A stretch of 64,000 nt of DNA, from contig JBBRPR010000020.1 in NCBI GenBank assembly GCA_038227875.1, positions 71,166 to 135,165 of the forward strand. The letters run 5' to 3'. Shown here piece by piece: positions 9,655 through 19,030 of this stretch. The stretch comes from Planctomycetota bacterium. GTDB taxonomy: Bacteria; Planctomycetota; SZUA-567; H5-PLA8. Position 1 is the first letter of the stretch; each line of letters begins with the position of its first letter. The position numbers and the translations under genes were made by a program. The notes beneath the pieces are model-generated. The model had not been told where the DNA came from and searched no databases. It worked only from the letters and a program-made list of their open reading frames with translations.

Positions 9655-10644
9655 CTACATCTTCGTCCAATCAAACAAAATCCCCATCGTCTCCCCGCGC
9701 TTCGTGTTGGCGACGTCATAGGCCTGTTGAAATTCCAGCGGCGCGAAAGTGTGGGTGATCAGACCGCTGAGGTTAAAACGACCGCTCTTAACCAGATTAA
9801 AGAAGAGCCGGTAAATGCGCGGCCCCGTCCAGGAGCCGACTTCATGACCGTCATGCGCGCCGGTGATGGTGACGCCGCGCGTCACGACGTCGGAGGTGAG
9901 ATGCTGGCGGCTGGGCGCGCCTGTGTCACCGAGGAGCACCAGTTTGCCGTGGCGCGCGACCAGCGTGAGCGCTGCCGCGAAGACGTGTTCGTTACCGGTG
10001 GTGTCGACGACGATCTTCGGCAACGCGCCGTAGTTCTGCGCTTTGACTTCGTCCATGCATTTGTCGACGGCCGTATTGATCACCGACGTCGCTCCGCCGC
10101 GCGTCGCCATTTCCAAGCGAGACGCCACGGGATCGGCGACGATCACGTTCTCCGCGCCGCACGCGCGGGCCCAGCGTAGAGTCATCTGGCCAATGGGGCC
10201 GGCACCGATCACGAGCACGTCGTCTCCAATCGCATACGCCGCCGCTTTCGCGCCCATCGAGGCGATCTTGGCGAGCGCAAACCAGGCGGCATCCTGCGAG
10301 TTGACCGCGGCGGGAATCGGCGAGCATTGGCTTTCGGAGAGCACGTGATGCGAGGCATGCCCCTCGCGCGCCACGACGCGGTCGCCGACCTTTACATTCT
10401 TGACGTCTTCGCCGACGGCTTCCACTTCGCCGACGAGCGAATAGCCGGGGTAGAACGGATACTTCACCCAGCGATCCCAGTGCGTGCCGGCTTCAAAGAG
10501 CCGGTTGTAAACGATGTTCTCCGTTCCGGTGCTCATCAACGAGCAGACCGAGCGGACGCGAATTTTGTCGCCGCGCGGATCTTCGACTTTGAACTCTTCC
10601 AGAGCAACCTTCTGTTTTCCGGTGAAGACCACGCGAACGCCCAT
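9655..10644 (-). CDS. MDR-superfamily dehydrogenase (probably zinc-free subgroup)
   Basis: GroES-like N-terminus with STGTE and YPFYPGYS replacing the usual Cys/GHE zinc ligands; Rossmann GAGPIG; start ATG 10644 after AAGGA. Confidence 0.88.
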   Translation of the reverse strand: MGVRVVFTGKQKVALEEFKVEDPRGDKIRVRSVCSLMSTGTENIVYNRLFEAGTHWDRWVKYPFYPGYSLVGEVEAVGEDVKNVKVGDRVVAREGHASHHVLSESQCSPIPAAVNSQDAAWFALAKIASMGAKAAAYAIGDDVLVIGAGPIGQMTLRWARACGAENVIVADPVASRLEMATRGGATSVINTAVDKCMDEVKAQNYGALPKIVVDTTGNEHVFAAALTLVARHGKLVLLGDTGAPSRQHLTSDVVTRGVTITGAHDGHEVGSWTGPRIYRLFFNLVKSGRFNLSGLITHTFAPLEFQQAYDVANTKRGETMGILFDWTKM

Positions 10645-10852
10645 AGTGGATTTCCTTATCAAGGCCAGATTCCCTGGCGTAGACCCAGAAATGCGGAATG
10701 ACGCATCACTGGTAATTCGTGTCATCGGACTCGCATCGCACAGGTGGATTCTGACCCAAACGAGAGGAGCGGGCAATTCCGAAGAATGGTTATAACTTCC
10801 ACTTTTTGGCTATCTTGGTTAGAGTTGGCTGTGCACCGCGTGGAGATCAACG

Positions 10853-11662
10853 ATGAAGAGCGGCGATTTGGAAACGTACTTTGCGGCAAAGCCATTGCGG
10901 TTCCTGACCGGATTCCGGCACGCCGCGCTGAATTACTGCCAGATGCATTTCCATCAAGCCTTCGAAATCGTCTACCACCCAACCGGCCGCGGCGTGACGA
11001 AAATCAAGAGCGGGGAGAGTGTCGCGTACGACGAAAACGGCGTGGTGGTCTACGCGCCCTTCATGTCACACGACCAGACGCCGCAAACGGCCGGCGAAGA
11101 TGTCTGCCTGCAATTCGACAGTGCGCTGCCGCTGCCGGCGGCTCTGCAGAAATGCATTTACGTTCCGCCGCTTCGCGACGGACACCTGATTGCCGAGATC
11201 AACGATCTCGCGCGCTTCAACGCGTCGGGGTTGAGCGCTCTGCAAAAAACGGCGCTCAATTGCCGCATCAACGCGCTGCTGATTCACTTCGTTCAAGCCA
11301 GTTCGGCTGCCTCCGCTGGCGCGCGGCGACCCAGCACCGAACGCTACGCCGAGGCCGCGCGCAGCCACATCACCAGCCATTCGCAGGAAATCAGCCGCAT
11401 CGAGGACGTCGCCGCTCACGTCGGCGTCAGCCACACGTACCTGCGGCATCTTTTCAAGGAACACTACGGCGTCACGCTCGCAGCGTACCTGAACCAGGCG
11501 CGCGTGGAGCGGGCCAAGGACTTGCTGACCCGCTCGGCGTTGCCACTGAAGATCGTGGCGACGATGTGCGGCTTTGACAACGAGCGTTACTTCTCTCACG
11601 TCTTCAAAAAGCATTCCCGCTGCACGCCCGGCGAATTCCGAGGACGACTACTTCATTTCTGA
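10853..11662 (+). CDS. AraC family transcriptional regulator
   Basis: Cupin HFHQAFEIVY; double HTH VAAHVGVSHTYLRHLFK and CGFDNERYFSHVFKK; 3' end overlaps the convergent gene by 10 bp. Confidence 0.92.
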   Translation: MKSGDLETYFAAKPLRFLTGFRHAALNYCQMHFHQAFEIVYHPTGRGVTKIKSGESVAYDENGVVVYAPFMSHDQTPQTAGEDVCLQFDSALPLPAALQKCIYVPPLRDGHLIAEINDLARFNASGLSALQKTALNCRINALLIHFVQASSAASAGARRPSTERYAEAARSHITSHSQEISRIEDVAAHVGVSHTYLRHLFKEHYGVTLAAYLNQARVERAKDLLTRSALPLKIVATMCGFDNERYFSHVFKKHSRCTPGEFRGRLLHF

Positions 11663-14331
11663 ATGACGTAATACATGCAGTTGTTGAGAAGTTCGATCTT
11701 GAGTGTATTGCCCTCGCCCGAAGGGAGGTCTTTCGATTTGCAGCCGTTGGTATCCAGCGCGGTTACTTTCAGCGCGGCAGCATCGGCGCGGGTGATGGTC
11801 ACGGTTCCAGCGAACTTGCGAACGCAGAGGGGCGCGCCGCCGATGTTCGTGATCTGCAGACAGTCGACCTCGTCTTTGCCGCTGAAGGCGGTCTTTGCGG
11901 GCTGCGTCTCCCAGCCAAAATTTTTCTCCTCGCTCATGACCTGCAACAGAATCTTGCCCGATTCCCGAAGTGGTTTTCCATCCAGCGAGACGACGAACGC
12001 GGCGCCGTATTCAAACTGAAGATTCAACGCGACGTCGCCGAGTGTCAATGGGCCGGAAGATTGGAAAAATCCCGTGGCGCCCTGCGCACACGGCGCGTTG
12101 AGCGTGACCAGGCCTTTGCCGTAATCGAAGGTCAATTCGCCGGTGGCGCTTTTGACTATCTTGGCGTTGCGGTCGATGTGTTTGTCGAGTTCCGGCAAGG
12201 TGGACGAGGAGCCCGGGTTGTCTCCGATCGTGCGGATGACGCGCCCGACGTAGAACGCCAGCGGATCGACACTCGTTAAGGTTCCTTCAGGATTGGAATT
12301 GGGGTTGGAGTCTCCTTTTTCTGCAGTGGTGTGCGGTTGGGCGTTGAAATCCGAGGAGGCCGCATCGACGGAGAACCTTGCGCCTTTTAACTCGTACAGA
12401 TCTTTCAGTGCGAGGGCTTCGTTAATGGCGACCGGTCCTTCTTTAACGTAGCCATTACGGAAAATAAGCGAGGCGGCCGGGTATTGCCCGATCGCACTGG
12501 GCGTTTGGATGGGCCACTTTTTCAGAACCATGGCGAGCCAGTCGGGTTGAATCGAGAAAATACAATACCCGTCCATGCCTTGAAGCGAACCGTAGCAGGC
12601 CTCCAAGAAAGGCTCTTCGGCCCGGAACCTGTTGGGCATGGCCCAATCGCCTTCGGTCATAAAGTGCGGGAAACCCGCGCACTGAATATGCATCAGGATG
12701 GCCTGTTCGGGATTTTTCAGCAGCGATAGATCCGTGTAGTAATCTCCCTTGCTCACCGCATAGCCGGATTTGACGCCCTTATGCGGTGGCGCGAAATACG
12801 AATTCTCGGCCGTGATGTCCATGCTCATGTTGGCGTACTGATCCAATGGATTGAGAACACGCTTGTCGAATGTCTGCCAGTTCGAACCGATAACCAGTCC
12901 TTCATAGCCCAGTTCAGAACGAAGCCATTTCTTTGTCTCTGTGTACCAGTCCCGCATCAGCTCCGTGAGAAAGCGAACTTCGTCCCTCGCGCGCAGGGCA
13001 TTGCGCTGTGCCACAGCCCAGTCGGCACTTCCGAGCAGGTAGGCCGGGTAAAACCCCACGCGACCTGCAGCAAAGTCATCCCCCTTGGGATACTTATCGG
13101 GTCCCCAGGCTGCCGCCGCTTTTTCGAGCGAGCCGTAGCGGACTTTGAGCCACTCAGCAAACTTTCCTTCCAGCAGGTGCATTGGTTCCTCAGTCAATGA
13201 TCCCGCGTAGGGCTTGAACGTTCCCCATAAGAGACTGTCCTCGTCCAGTAATTCAACCGAGACCACGGATGGATCTTTGGCGAGAGGGATGCCGGTGTAA
13301 GGATTGACGGTGCCCAGCAGTGTGCGCGCCCAGCCCTTGTACTGCTCCTGGTACTTCGGGTTGAAATAGAATTGCCCGCTCAGGTCGCCCCCCGCAGTGC
13401 AAAACCACAAAAAGTCCGAGTAGATGCCTTGTTTCTTCAGCGCGGCCACGAAGTAATGGACAGCTTCCATCAGTGGCTTGGGTTGATTGAACATGCCGGC
13501 CAAATGAAAGCGGACCAGATTAACTCCTGTTTTGGCGAGCCGCCGGGCCAGGTAATCCAGCTCAGGTTTGCTCAACAATACTTCATCGCCAATGGTTACA
13601 CCCCAGAAGCGAACCTTCTTTCCCGACTTCTCGAAGACCAGGTCGTCTCCGCGAGCCACCACACGGCCTTGTGTACCGGCTTCGGAATCGTTGAAGATGC
13701 GCATGTCCAGCAGGGCACTGGCATCAAACGCATCCTTATCCGGCTCGAAGGGAAACCATCCTTCGGGGGCACGATTGTATTTCCCACCCGGCTTCAACGG
13801 TCCGTTGGGTGAAAACGCGCCGGGGATGAGCAGCCAGCAATCGAACGCAATCGCGGTGGCGTCTTTTAGCGCCTCGATTTCAAGTACGTTGGCGCCCTCA
13901 GGCAGCTTGACGATGCCGAGGAAGACCCAATTGACGCCGACGTCCTGCCGCACCGAGATGCCGTCGGCAAGGATGCAATCGCGCCCGCAGGTCGTCCACT
14001 CGCCGCCATTCCAGCGCCACTTGAAGGGTCCGTGCTTCCAGAATTTTCGTGTCCAGAAGTTGTAGTCGCCCGCCGTCGGCGTCTGGATTTCATATTTCGC
14101 GGTGACGCCGGACCCCTTGTCCGTCTGCAGCCAGTCGCCGCCGGAGAGTTTTTCTTTTTCCTGGTCCGTTATCGGCTTGAACGAGTTGCTGGGTGGAAAC
14201 GTGTGCGCCACGGCCGCCTCGCCCTCCCACCAGACGTAGGCGGGCAGCTCCGCCGCGGCGACGCGTGGCCAAGAGTGAGCGCAAAAAACAGCCATGCTAA
14301 TTGCAAGTACGATCCATTTGGGATTTCTCAT
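11653..14331 (-). CDS. Secreted glycoside-hydrolase-like protein (probable clan GH-A TIM barrel with accessory beta domains)
   Basis: Signal peptide; VRFWGV, GVNLVRFH, LKKQGIY, VNPYTG..LAKDP, ELLDEDSL (putative acid/base), FMTEGDW (putative nucleophile); family not assignable by eye. Confidence 0.7.
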   Translation of the reverse strand: MRNPKWIVLAISMAVFCAHSWPRVAAAELPAYVWWEGEAAVAHTFPPSNSFKPITDQEKEKLSGGDWLQTDKGSGVTAKYEIQTPTAGDYNFWTRKFWKHGPFKWRWNGGEWTTCGRDCILADGISVRQDVGVNWVFLGIVKLPEGANVLEIEALKDATAIAFDCWLLIPGAFSPNGPLKPGGKYNRAPEGWFPFEPDKDAFDASALLDMRIFNDSEAGTQGRVVARGDDLVFEKSGKKVRFWGVTIGDEVLLSKPELDYLARRLAKTGVNLVRFHLAGMFNQPKPLMEAVHYFVAALKKQGIYSDFLWFCTAGGDLSGQFYFNPKYQEQYKGWARTLLGTVNPYTGIPLAKDPSVVSVELLDEDSLLWGTFKPYAGSLTEEPMHLLEGKFAEWLKVRYGSLEKAAAAWGPDKYPKGDDFAAGRVGFYPAYLLGSADWAVAQRNALRARDEVRFLTELMRDWYTETKKWLRSELGYEGLVIGSNWQTFDKRVLNPLDQYANMSMDITAENSYFAPPHKGVKSGYAVSKGDYYTDLSLLKNPEQAILMHIQCAGFPHFMTEGDWAMPNRFRAEEPFLEACYGSLQGMDGYCIFSIQPDWLAMVLKKWPIQTPSAIGQYPAASLIFRNGYVKEGPVAINEALALKDLYELKGARFSVDAASSDFNAQPHTTAEKGDSNPNSNPEGTLTSVDPLAFYVGRVIRTIGDNPGSSSTLPELDKHIDRNAKIVKSATGELTFDYGKGLVTLNAPCAQGATGFFQSSGPLTLGDVALNLQFEYGAAFVVSLDGKPLRESGKILLQVMSEEKNFGWETQPAKTAFSGKDEVDCLQITNIGGAPLCVRKFAGTVTITRADAAALKVTALDTNGCKSKDLPSGEGNTLKIELLNNCMYYVIQK

Positions 14332-14350
14332 GTCTATTCCTTTCGTGTCA

Positions 14351-15421
14351 TCAGCCTCGCAACGCTGCGGTCGCGGTGCTTTGGCGAATCATCAGCTGCG
14401 ATGGAATCTGTTCGATTTGCTGTTGGAACCCGGCGCGTGCCGTATCACTGGAGGCCAGTTCGATGGCCCGCAGCGCCGCCACCCGTCCAATTTTCTGGAG
14501 CTGGTGGCTGATGGCCGTCATCGGAGGCCAGGCAACCGGAGCGTAAATATCGTCAAAGCCGATGACGGAGACGTCCTCGGGCACACGTAAGCCGGCGTTC
14601 GCCAGCGCCGCGTACGCGCCGAGCGCAGCCGTCTCTTCGTAGCAGACCACCGCGGTAAAGCCGGAATGCTCCGCGATAAAATTCAGGAGACTGGCGCGCG
14701 CGGCTGCAACCTGTTCCTGATCCGTGCGCGGACGAACCAGGCACAGCTCCGTGCTTTCCAGTCCGAGATTTTGCACGGCCTTCAGGAATGCATCACGGCG
14801 CACGGCGCAGCTGCGGTGCAACTCCGGCGGCGGACCCATCCAGAGCAAACGGCGATGTCCAAGTTGCGCCAAATGTGTAACAGCTTCGACCACGCCGACT
14901 GCATCATCGAGATTCACCACCGGAAGGGAAGTGGGCCCATGGAATTCGGTCAGGACAATGGGCAGCGCGCTATCCATTGTTGCGGAGATGGGGTGGGCCG
15001 CAAAGACGAAGCCTGGTATGACCAGGGCGTCCACCCGGTGTTCGTTCAGGAACCGCAAGCCGTTGGCGACATCGGTTAGATCGTCAACCGCCCCAACAAT
15101 GACGACGTGACGGCCCGAGGCTCGGATAGTCGTGTCGATCGCGTTAAACATGGGGGCCCAAAACGGCGCCCCATTTTCTTCAGCGTCACCCTGGTTGAGC
15201 ACGACGCCGATCGCCCGCGCTTTCCCGGTGAGGAGTGAACGGGCGTGGTAATTGGGCTGGTAGCCGAGCTGAAGCGCTGCCTTGCGGACGGCCTGGCTGC
15301 AGGCCTCGCTGATGCGTCCGCTTTCCGAAGACGGATTAAGCACTTTACTGACGGTTCCGGGGCTGACCTTGGCGCGGCGGGCGACATCCTCGATGGTAAC
15401 TTTGGATGATTTTCGGGTCAT
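14351..15421 (-). CDS. LacI family transcriptional regulator
   Basis: VTIEDVARRAKVSPGTVSKVLN, LGYQPNYHARSL, VPEDVSVIGFDD, LMIRQST. Confidence 0.95.
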   Translation of the reverse strand: MTRKSSKVTIEDVARRAKVSPGTVSKVLNPSSESGRISEACSQAVRKAALQLGYQPNYHARSLLTGKARAIGVVLNQGDAEENGAPFWAPMFNAIDTTIRASGRHVVIVGAVDDLTDVANGLRFLNEHRVDALVIPGFVFAAHPISATMDSALPIVLTEFHGPTSLPVVNLDDAVGVVEAVTHLAQLGHRRLLWMGPPPELHRSCAVRRDAFLKAVQNLGLESTELCLVRPRTDQEQVAAARASLLNFIAEHSGFTAVVCYEETAALGAYAALANAGLRVPEDVSVIGFDDIYAPVAWPPMTAISHQLQKIGRVAALRAIELASSDTARAGFQQQIEQIPSQLMIRQSTATAALRG

Positions 15422-15453
15422 GCGCGCACGCCTTAGTGAGTATTTTTGTCCTA

Positions 15454-15471
15454 TGCGAAAACCTTTTCGCA
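15454..15471. promoter_or_regulatory. Probable LacI-family operator (autoregulatory)
   Basis: TGCGAAAA-CC-TTTTCGCA, 8-2-8 palindrome resembling LacI-family GAAAnCGnTTTC sites, about 33 bp upstream of the LacI start. Confidence 0.7.
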
Positions 15472-15651
15472 AAGGTGAATACACCGGACTCTGCGCGTGG
15501 TCGTAAGTTTTATCAATTTGTTTAGAAGGTTAAATAACGATGGCCCCAATTAAGGGGCTTCGGACCAGATCCCGCGCCAATTAAGGGCTGTCGAAAATTG
15601 GATAGGACTGGAAGCTACGCGCACGGATTGCGCGTCCCTTCCCTGATGAGG

Positions 15652-16671
15652 TTATGGACGCGAGAGGCCCAAGCCTGGACCGGCCGGCAGAATCAGTTTC
15701 GCCTGCTTGTCGATCAATACGCCGCGAAACGGATCGTCGGAGATCAGCAGGTTGCCGTCGAGGTCGGCGTAATCGACCAGCGGGGCGAGGTGCGCGGCGG
15801 CGGTGATCAGCACGCTCGACTCGATCATGCAGCCGAGCATGATCTTCAATCCGCAGGCACGCGCCAAGTGGATCATCTTGAGCGCCTGGCGCAGGCCACC
15901 GCACTTCACCAGCTTGATGTTGATGCCGTCGACGCAGCCCCACAGGCCGGGGATGTCGTCGGGCGTCAGGCTGGATTCATCGGTCATCAGCGGGACGCCG
16001 ATTTTGTTTTTGATGCGTTTCAAGGCGGCGTTGTTGCCCGGCGGGACTGGCTGCTCGATGAACTCGACGCCGAGTTTCTCCAGCACCTTTGCCTTGCGGA
16101 TCGCTTCGGGGACGCTCCAACCGCAATTGGCATCAACGCGCAGGCGCTTTTTGGGCGCGAGTTTGCGGACTTCGTGCATGATCTCCAGATCGTGTGCGAC
16201 ACCGAGCTTGATCTTGAGCACGGGGAATCGGGCGGCCTCTTCGACCTTCTGCGCCACTTTCTCCAGTGTGGCGATGCCGATGGTGAAGGAGGTTTGCGGC
16301 GTCGTCGACGGGTCGAGGCCCCACAACTTCCAGAGTGGCACGCCGAGCTTCTTGCCGATCAGATCGTGGAGCGCAATGTCGACAGCGCAAATGGCGCTGG
16401 GTTCTTTCGGAAAACGCGCGCGGAGGTCGGTGAGAATTGTTTCAAGTTCAAACGGATCGCGGTTGGCGAGCCGCTTGCCCATCTTCGCCAGCGCGGCGAT
16501 GGAGCTGGCTTGCGTCTGCCCGTAATATTTCGCCGGCGATGTTTCACCGAGCCCCGTGAACTTTCCATCCCGCAATTCGACCAACGCGTTTTGCGCGATG
16601 TCGGTCGAATTGCGGGAGATGGTGAAGGTGTGGCGAAGCGTCAGGTTGAGGGGAGAGGGAGTTAGTTTCAT
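15652..16671 (-). CDS. Dipeptide epimerase / N-acyl-amino-acid racemase (enolase superfamily)
   Basis: KIK catalytic motif, RVDAN, EQP, DES metal ligands, NIKLVK, GCMIES, DLDG. Confidence 0.92.
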   Translation of the reverse strand: MKLTPSPLNLTLRHTFTISRNSTDIAQNALVELRDGKFTGLGETSPAKYYGQTQASSIAALAKMGKRLANRDPFELETILTDLRARFPKEPSAICAVDIALHDLIGKKLGVPLWKLWGLDPSTTPQTSFTIGIATLEKVAQKVEEAARFPVLKIKLGVAHDLEIMHEVRKLAPKKRLRVDANCGWSVPEAIRKAKVLEKLGVEFIEQPVPPGNNAALKRIKNKIGVPLMTDESSLTPDDIPGLWGCVDGINIKLVKCGGLRQALKMIHLARACGLKIMLGCMIESSVLITAAAHLAPLVDYADLDGNLLISDDPFRGVLIDKQAKLILPAGPGLGLSRP

Positions 16672-16700
16672 TCACGTTCCTTCGCGGCGTTTAACAGAGT

Positions 16701-16740
16701 CATTGGGCATTGGTCATTGGTCATTGGTCATTGGTCATTT
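16701..16740. repeat. Heptamer tandem repeat (CATTGGT)n
   Basis: CATTGGG, 4x CATTGGT, then CATTT in the intergenic gap. Confidence 0.95.
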
Positions 16741-16793
16741 TTCATTTACGAAGGGCGGCCAAGATTGACCGCCCCGAATCCCGATTCCGACTA

Positions 16794-17843
16794 TCACTTC
16801 TTGCTCCGCTTCAATTCCTTCTCGATCGCCGGAATCATCTTGCTCGTGCCGTGGCGGATCGGGTCTTCGGCGGGCAGGCCGGTCTGGTCTTCGATCTGCT
16901 TCGCGGCGCGATCGGCGGCGGCGGGCGTCATGCCGACGGTGTTGAGGCTCACGGCGGCCACGCGGCAGGGCTGCAGGGGTTTCATCAACGCTTCGACCAG
17001 TTGAATGCCGTCCTTCACGGGGTAGATCTTGAACTTCTCGTAGTGCGAGATGTTCTTGCGGTTCGGCGCGTGGACGTAAACGATCGCGTGCGGCATGGAG
17101 CCGTGGAGCAGGCCGACAGTGACGCCGCTGTACGCGGGATGGTAGACGCTGCCCTGGCCTTCCACGACGACCACTTCACGGTTGCGGCGTTCCCAGCAGA
17201 GGCGCTCGGCCGCGCCGTTGACGTAGTCGCTCAGCACATGGTCTACGGCGATTCCGGAACCGGCGATCATGATGCCCGTCTGGCCGGTGGCGACGAATTC
17301 ACTGTCCCAACCGGCTTTCTTCAGACCCTTGTCGATTTCCAGCGCTGTCACCATCTTGCCGAGATTGCAATCGGAACCGAGCAGGGCGATGCGGCGCTGC
17401 TTGAGGCCGCGGAGTTTGTCTTCGGCGACGGAAATGTCGGCGGGCGGAACGCGGACGTCGACGAGCTTCACCTTATTCTTCTTCGCGGCGGCGGCAAATT
17501 CCGCGTCTTCCGAGAGAACGTGATGGAGACCGCTGACCACGTCGAGTCCCGCGGCGATCGCGGCCAGAATAATGTTGCGCCACGATTGCGGCAGCCGGCC
17601 ACCGACCGGCGCGATGCCGATCAGCAGTTCCGTCGGCTTGTATTTCAGGCCTTGAGCGACGGAGCTCACGATTGGGATGCCGTGCCCGCAGCCGATCACT
17701 TCTTCCAGCGGCTTGCCGGCCTTGGCGGCTTTGGAGTCCAGCACGCACGCCGTCTCGCTCGGACAGTAGCGGATCAGCGACGTCGCGGTCTTCGAAGAGA
17801 AGACACCCAGCTGGCCTTCGGTGAGGATCATCATTTTGCGCAT
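16794..17843 (-). CDS. DUF1611 (EBNA-1-like P-loop) family protein
   Basis: KTA..LIRY, IGIAPVGGRLP..W, SGLH, GSDCNLGKMVT, FVATGQTG, EGQGS..HPAY. Confidence 0.92.
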   Translation of the reverse strand: MRKMMILTEGQLGVFSSKTATSLIRYCPSETACVLDSKAAKAGKPLEEVIGCGHGIPIVSSVAQGLKYKPTELLIGIAPVGGRLPQSWRNIILAAIAAGLDVVSGLHHVLSEDAEFAAAAKKNKVKLVDVRVPPADISVAEDKLRGLKQRRIALLGSDCNLGKMVTALEIDKGLKKAGWDSEFVATGQTGIMIAGSGIAVDHVLSDYVNGAAERLCWERRNREVVVVEGQGSVYHPAYSGVTVGLLHGSMPHAIVYVHAPNRKNISHYEKFKIYPVKDGIQLVEALMKPLQPCRVAAVSLNTVGMTPAAADRAAKQIEDQTGLPAEDPIRHGTSKMIPAIEKELKRSKK

Positions 17844-17877
17844 TCGGTTTTTCCTTTGATCATGGTTGTTGTGGCGC

Positions 17878-17984
17878 GGCTCCTGACTCTTAGCTTTTGG
17901 CTCTGGAGATCCTGTCGGTCAGTCCACGATCCATCGACTAACCGACAGGACCCTCAGGAGCCAAGAGCCAGGAGCCAAGAGTCA
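17878..17984. repeat. Long imperfect inverted repeat with heptamer arms
   Basis: TCCTGTCGGTCAGTC (17910-17924) pairs with GACTAACCGACAGGA (17936-17950); flanks are built from (R)GAGCCA heptamers and their complements. Confidence 0.8.
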
Positions 17985-17986
17985 AT

Positions 17987-18805
17987 CTATGCATCCTTCC
18001 ACATCGCGCGGACTTTGCGGGGGAAATGGGGGAACGTTTTCTCGGGCGGGTCGAGTTCGGGGATCCACTTCTTCTCCCATTCGAAGCTCAAGTAGCTGTC
18101 GAAGCCATCGGCTTTCAAGCGTGAGAAGACTTTCGGCCACGGAATCTCGCCGGCGCCGACAAGAACGTACTCGTGCTTGCCGCCGGGGAAGTTGAATCCG
18201 TCTTTGACGTGGCAGTAGCAGATATGCTTCTTAATGGTGGCGTAGGTGGTCTCCCACGGTTCCAGGTTGGCGTGGATGCCATTGAAGACGTCGTAGACTA
18301 CTCCAAGTCCCTTGCTATCGACGCGGTCGAGAATGCCCATCAAATTCTTGCCGGAGCACCAGTCATCGTGAATTTCAAACGCGATCGTGAGGTTGCGCTT
18401 GGCGGCTTCCTGAGCCAGCGGCTTGACGGCATCGGCGATGACGGTGGTCATGGCCTCGACGGTGGATCCCTTCGGCACGCCGCCGCAGAACGCACGGATA
18501 TACTTTGCGCCCATGGCCTCGGCGATGGCAATCAGTTTGTGGCCGAGTTCCTGATTCTTCACGACTTCCGCCGGATCCGTGAAGGCGAAGCGGCAGTAAC
18601 CCATCACGCTGAAGATGGGGACGCAGTGGTCGCGGAAAATCTGCGCGGTCTCGCGGGCCAGGGCGGGGGAGGCGTCGGGCGAAAAATGATTGCCGTCGGC
18701 ATGAGTGCGAAGTTCGACGCCGTCGTAGCCCATCGATTTGGCGTTGCTGGCGATGTTTGGAAGCGACCAATCCGGGCAGCCGAGCGTGGAGAACGACAGT
18801 TTCAT
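17987..18805 (-). CDS. Sugar phosphate isomerase/epimerase (xylose isomerase-like TIM barrel)
   Basis: FSTLGCPDW, GYDGVELR, FEIHD, YD, HVKD, GAGEIP, SFEWEK. Confidence 0.9.
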   Translation of the reverse strand: MKLSFSTLGCPDWSLPNIASNAKSMGYDGVELRTHADGNHFSPDASPALARETAQIFRDHCVPIFSVMGYCRFAFTDPAEVVKNQELGHKLIAIAEAMGAKYIRAFCGGVPKGSTVEAMTTVIADAVKPLAQEAAKRNLTIAFEIHDDWCSGKNLMGILDRVDSKGLGVVYDVFNGIHANLEPWETTYATIKKHICYCHVKDGFNFPGGKHEYVLVGAGEIPWPKVFSRLKADGFDSYLSFEWEKKWIPELDPPEKTFPHFPRKVRAMWKDA

Positions 18806-19030
18806 GTCGAGGCCTCAAATTATTATGTCCGTCATGTTCCTGACGGATAAACGCTATCAAGGTGTTTCGTCTTGGCAACTGTGATTTAAAGGTGAAACCA
18901 TAGCGCGTCGTTTGAGAATTTATAGCGACCATTGTCAACCGCCGGTTAAGCTGTTCTTGACTTCCCTGGAATTTGAATCACAAATCATCTGCACGCTACA
19001 AATTTGCAGGCATCACTGGAGGAATTCGAC

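Noticed and set aside
15543..15590. Repeated CCAATTAAGGG and small palindrome
   Set aside because: Short, only two copies, no assignable role
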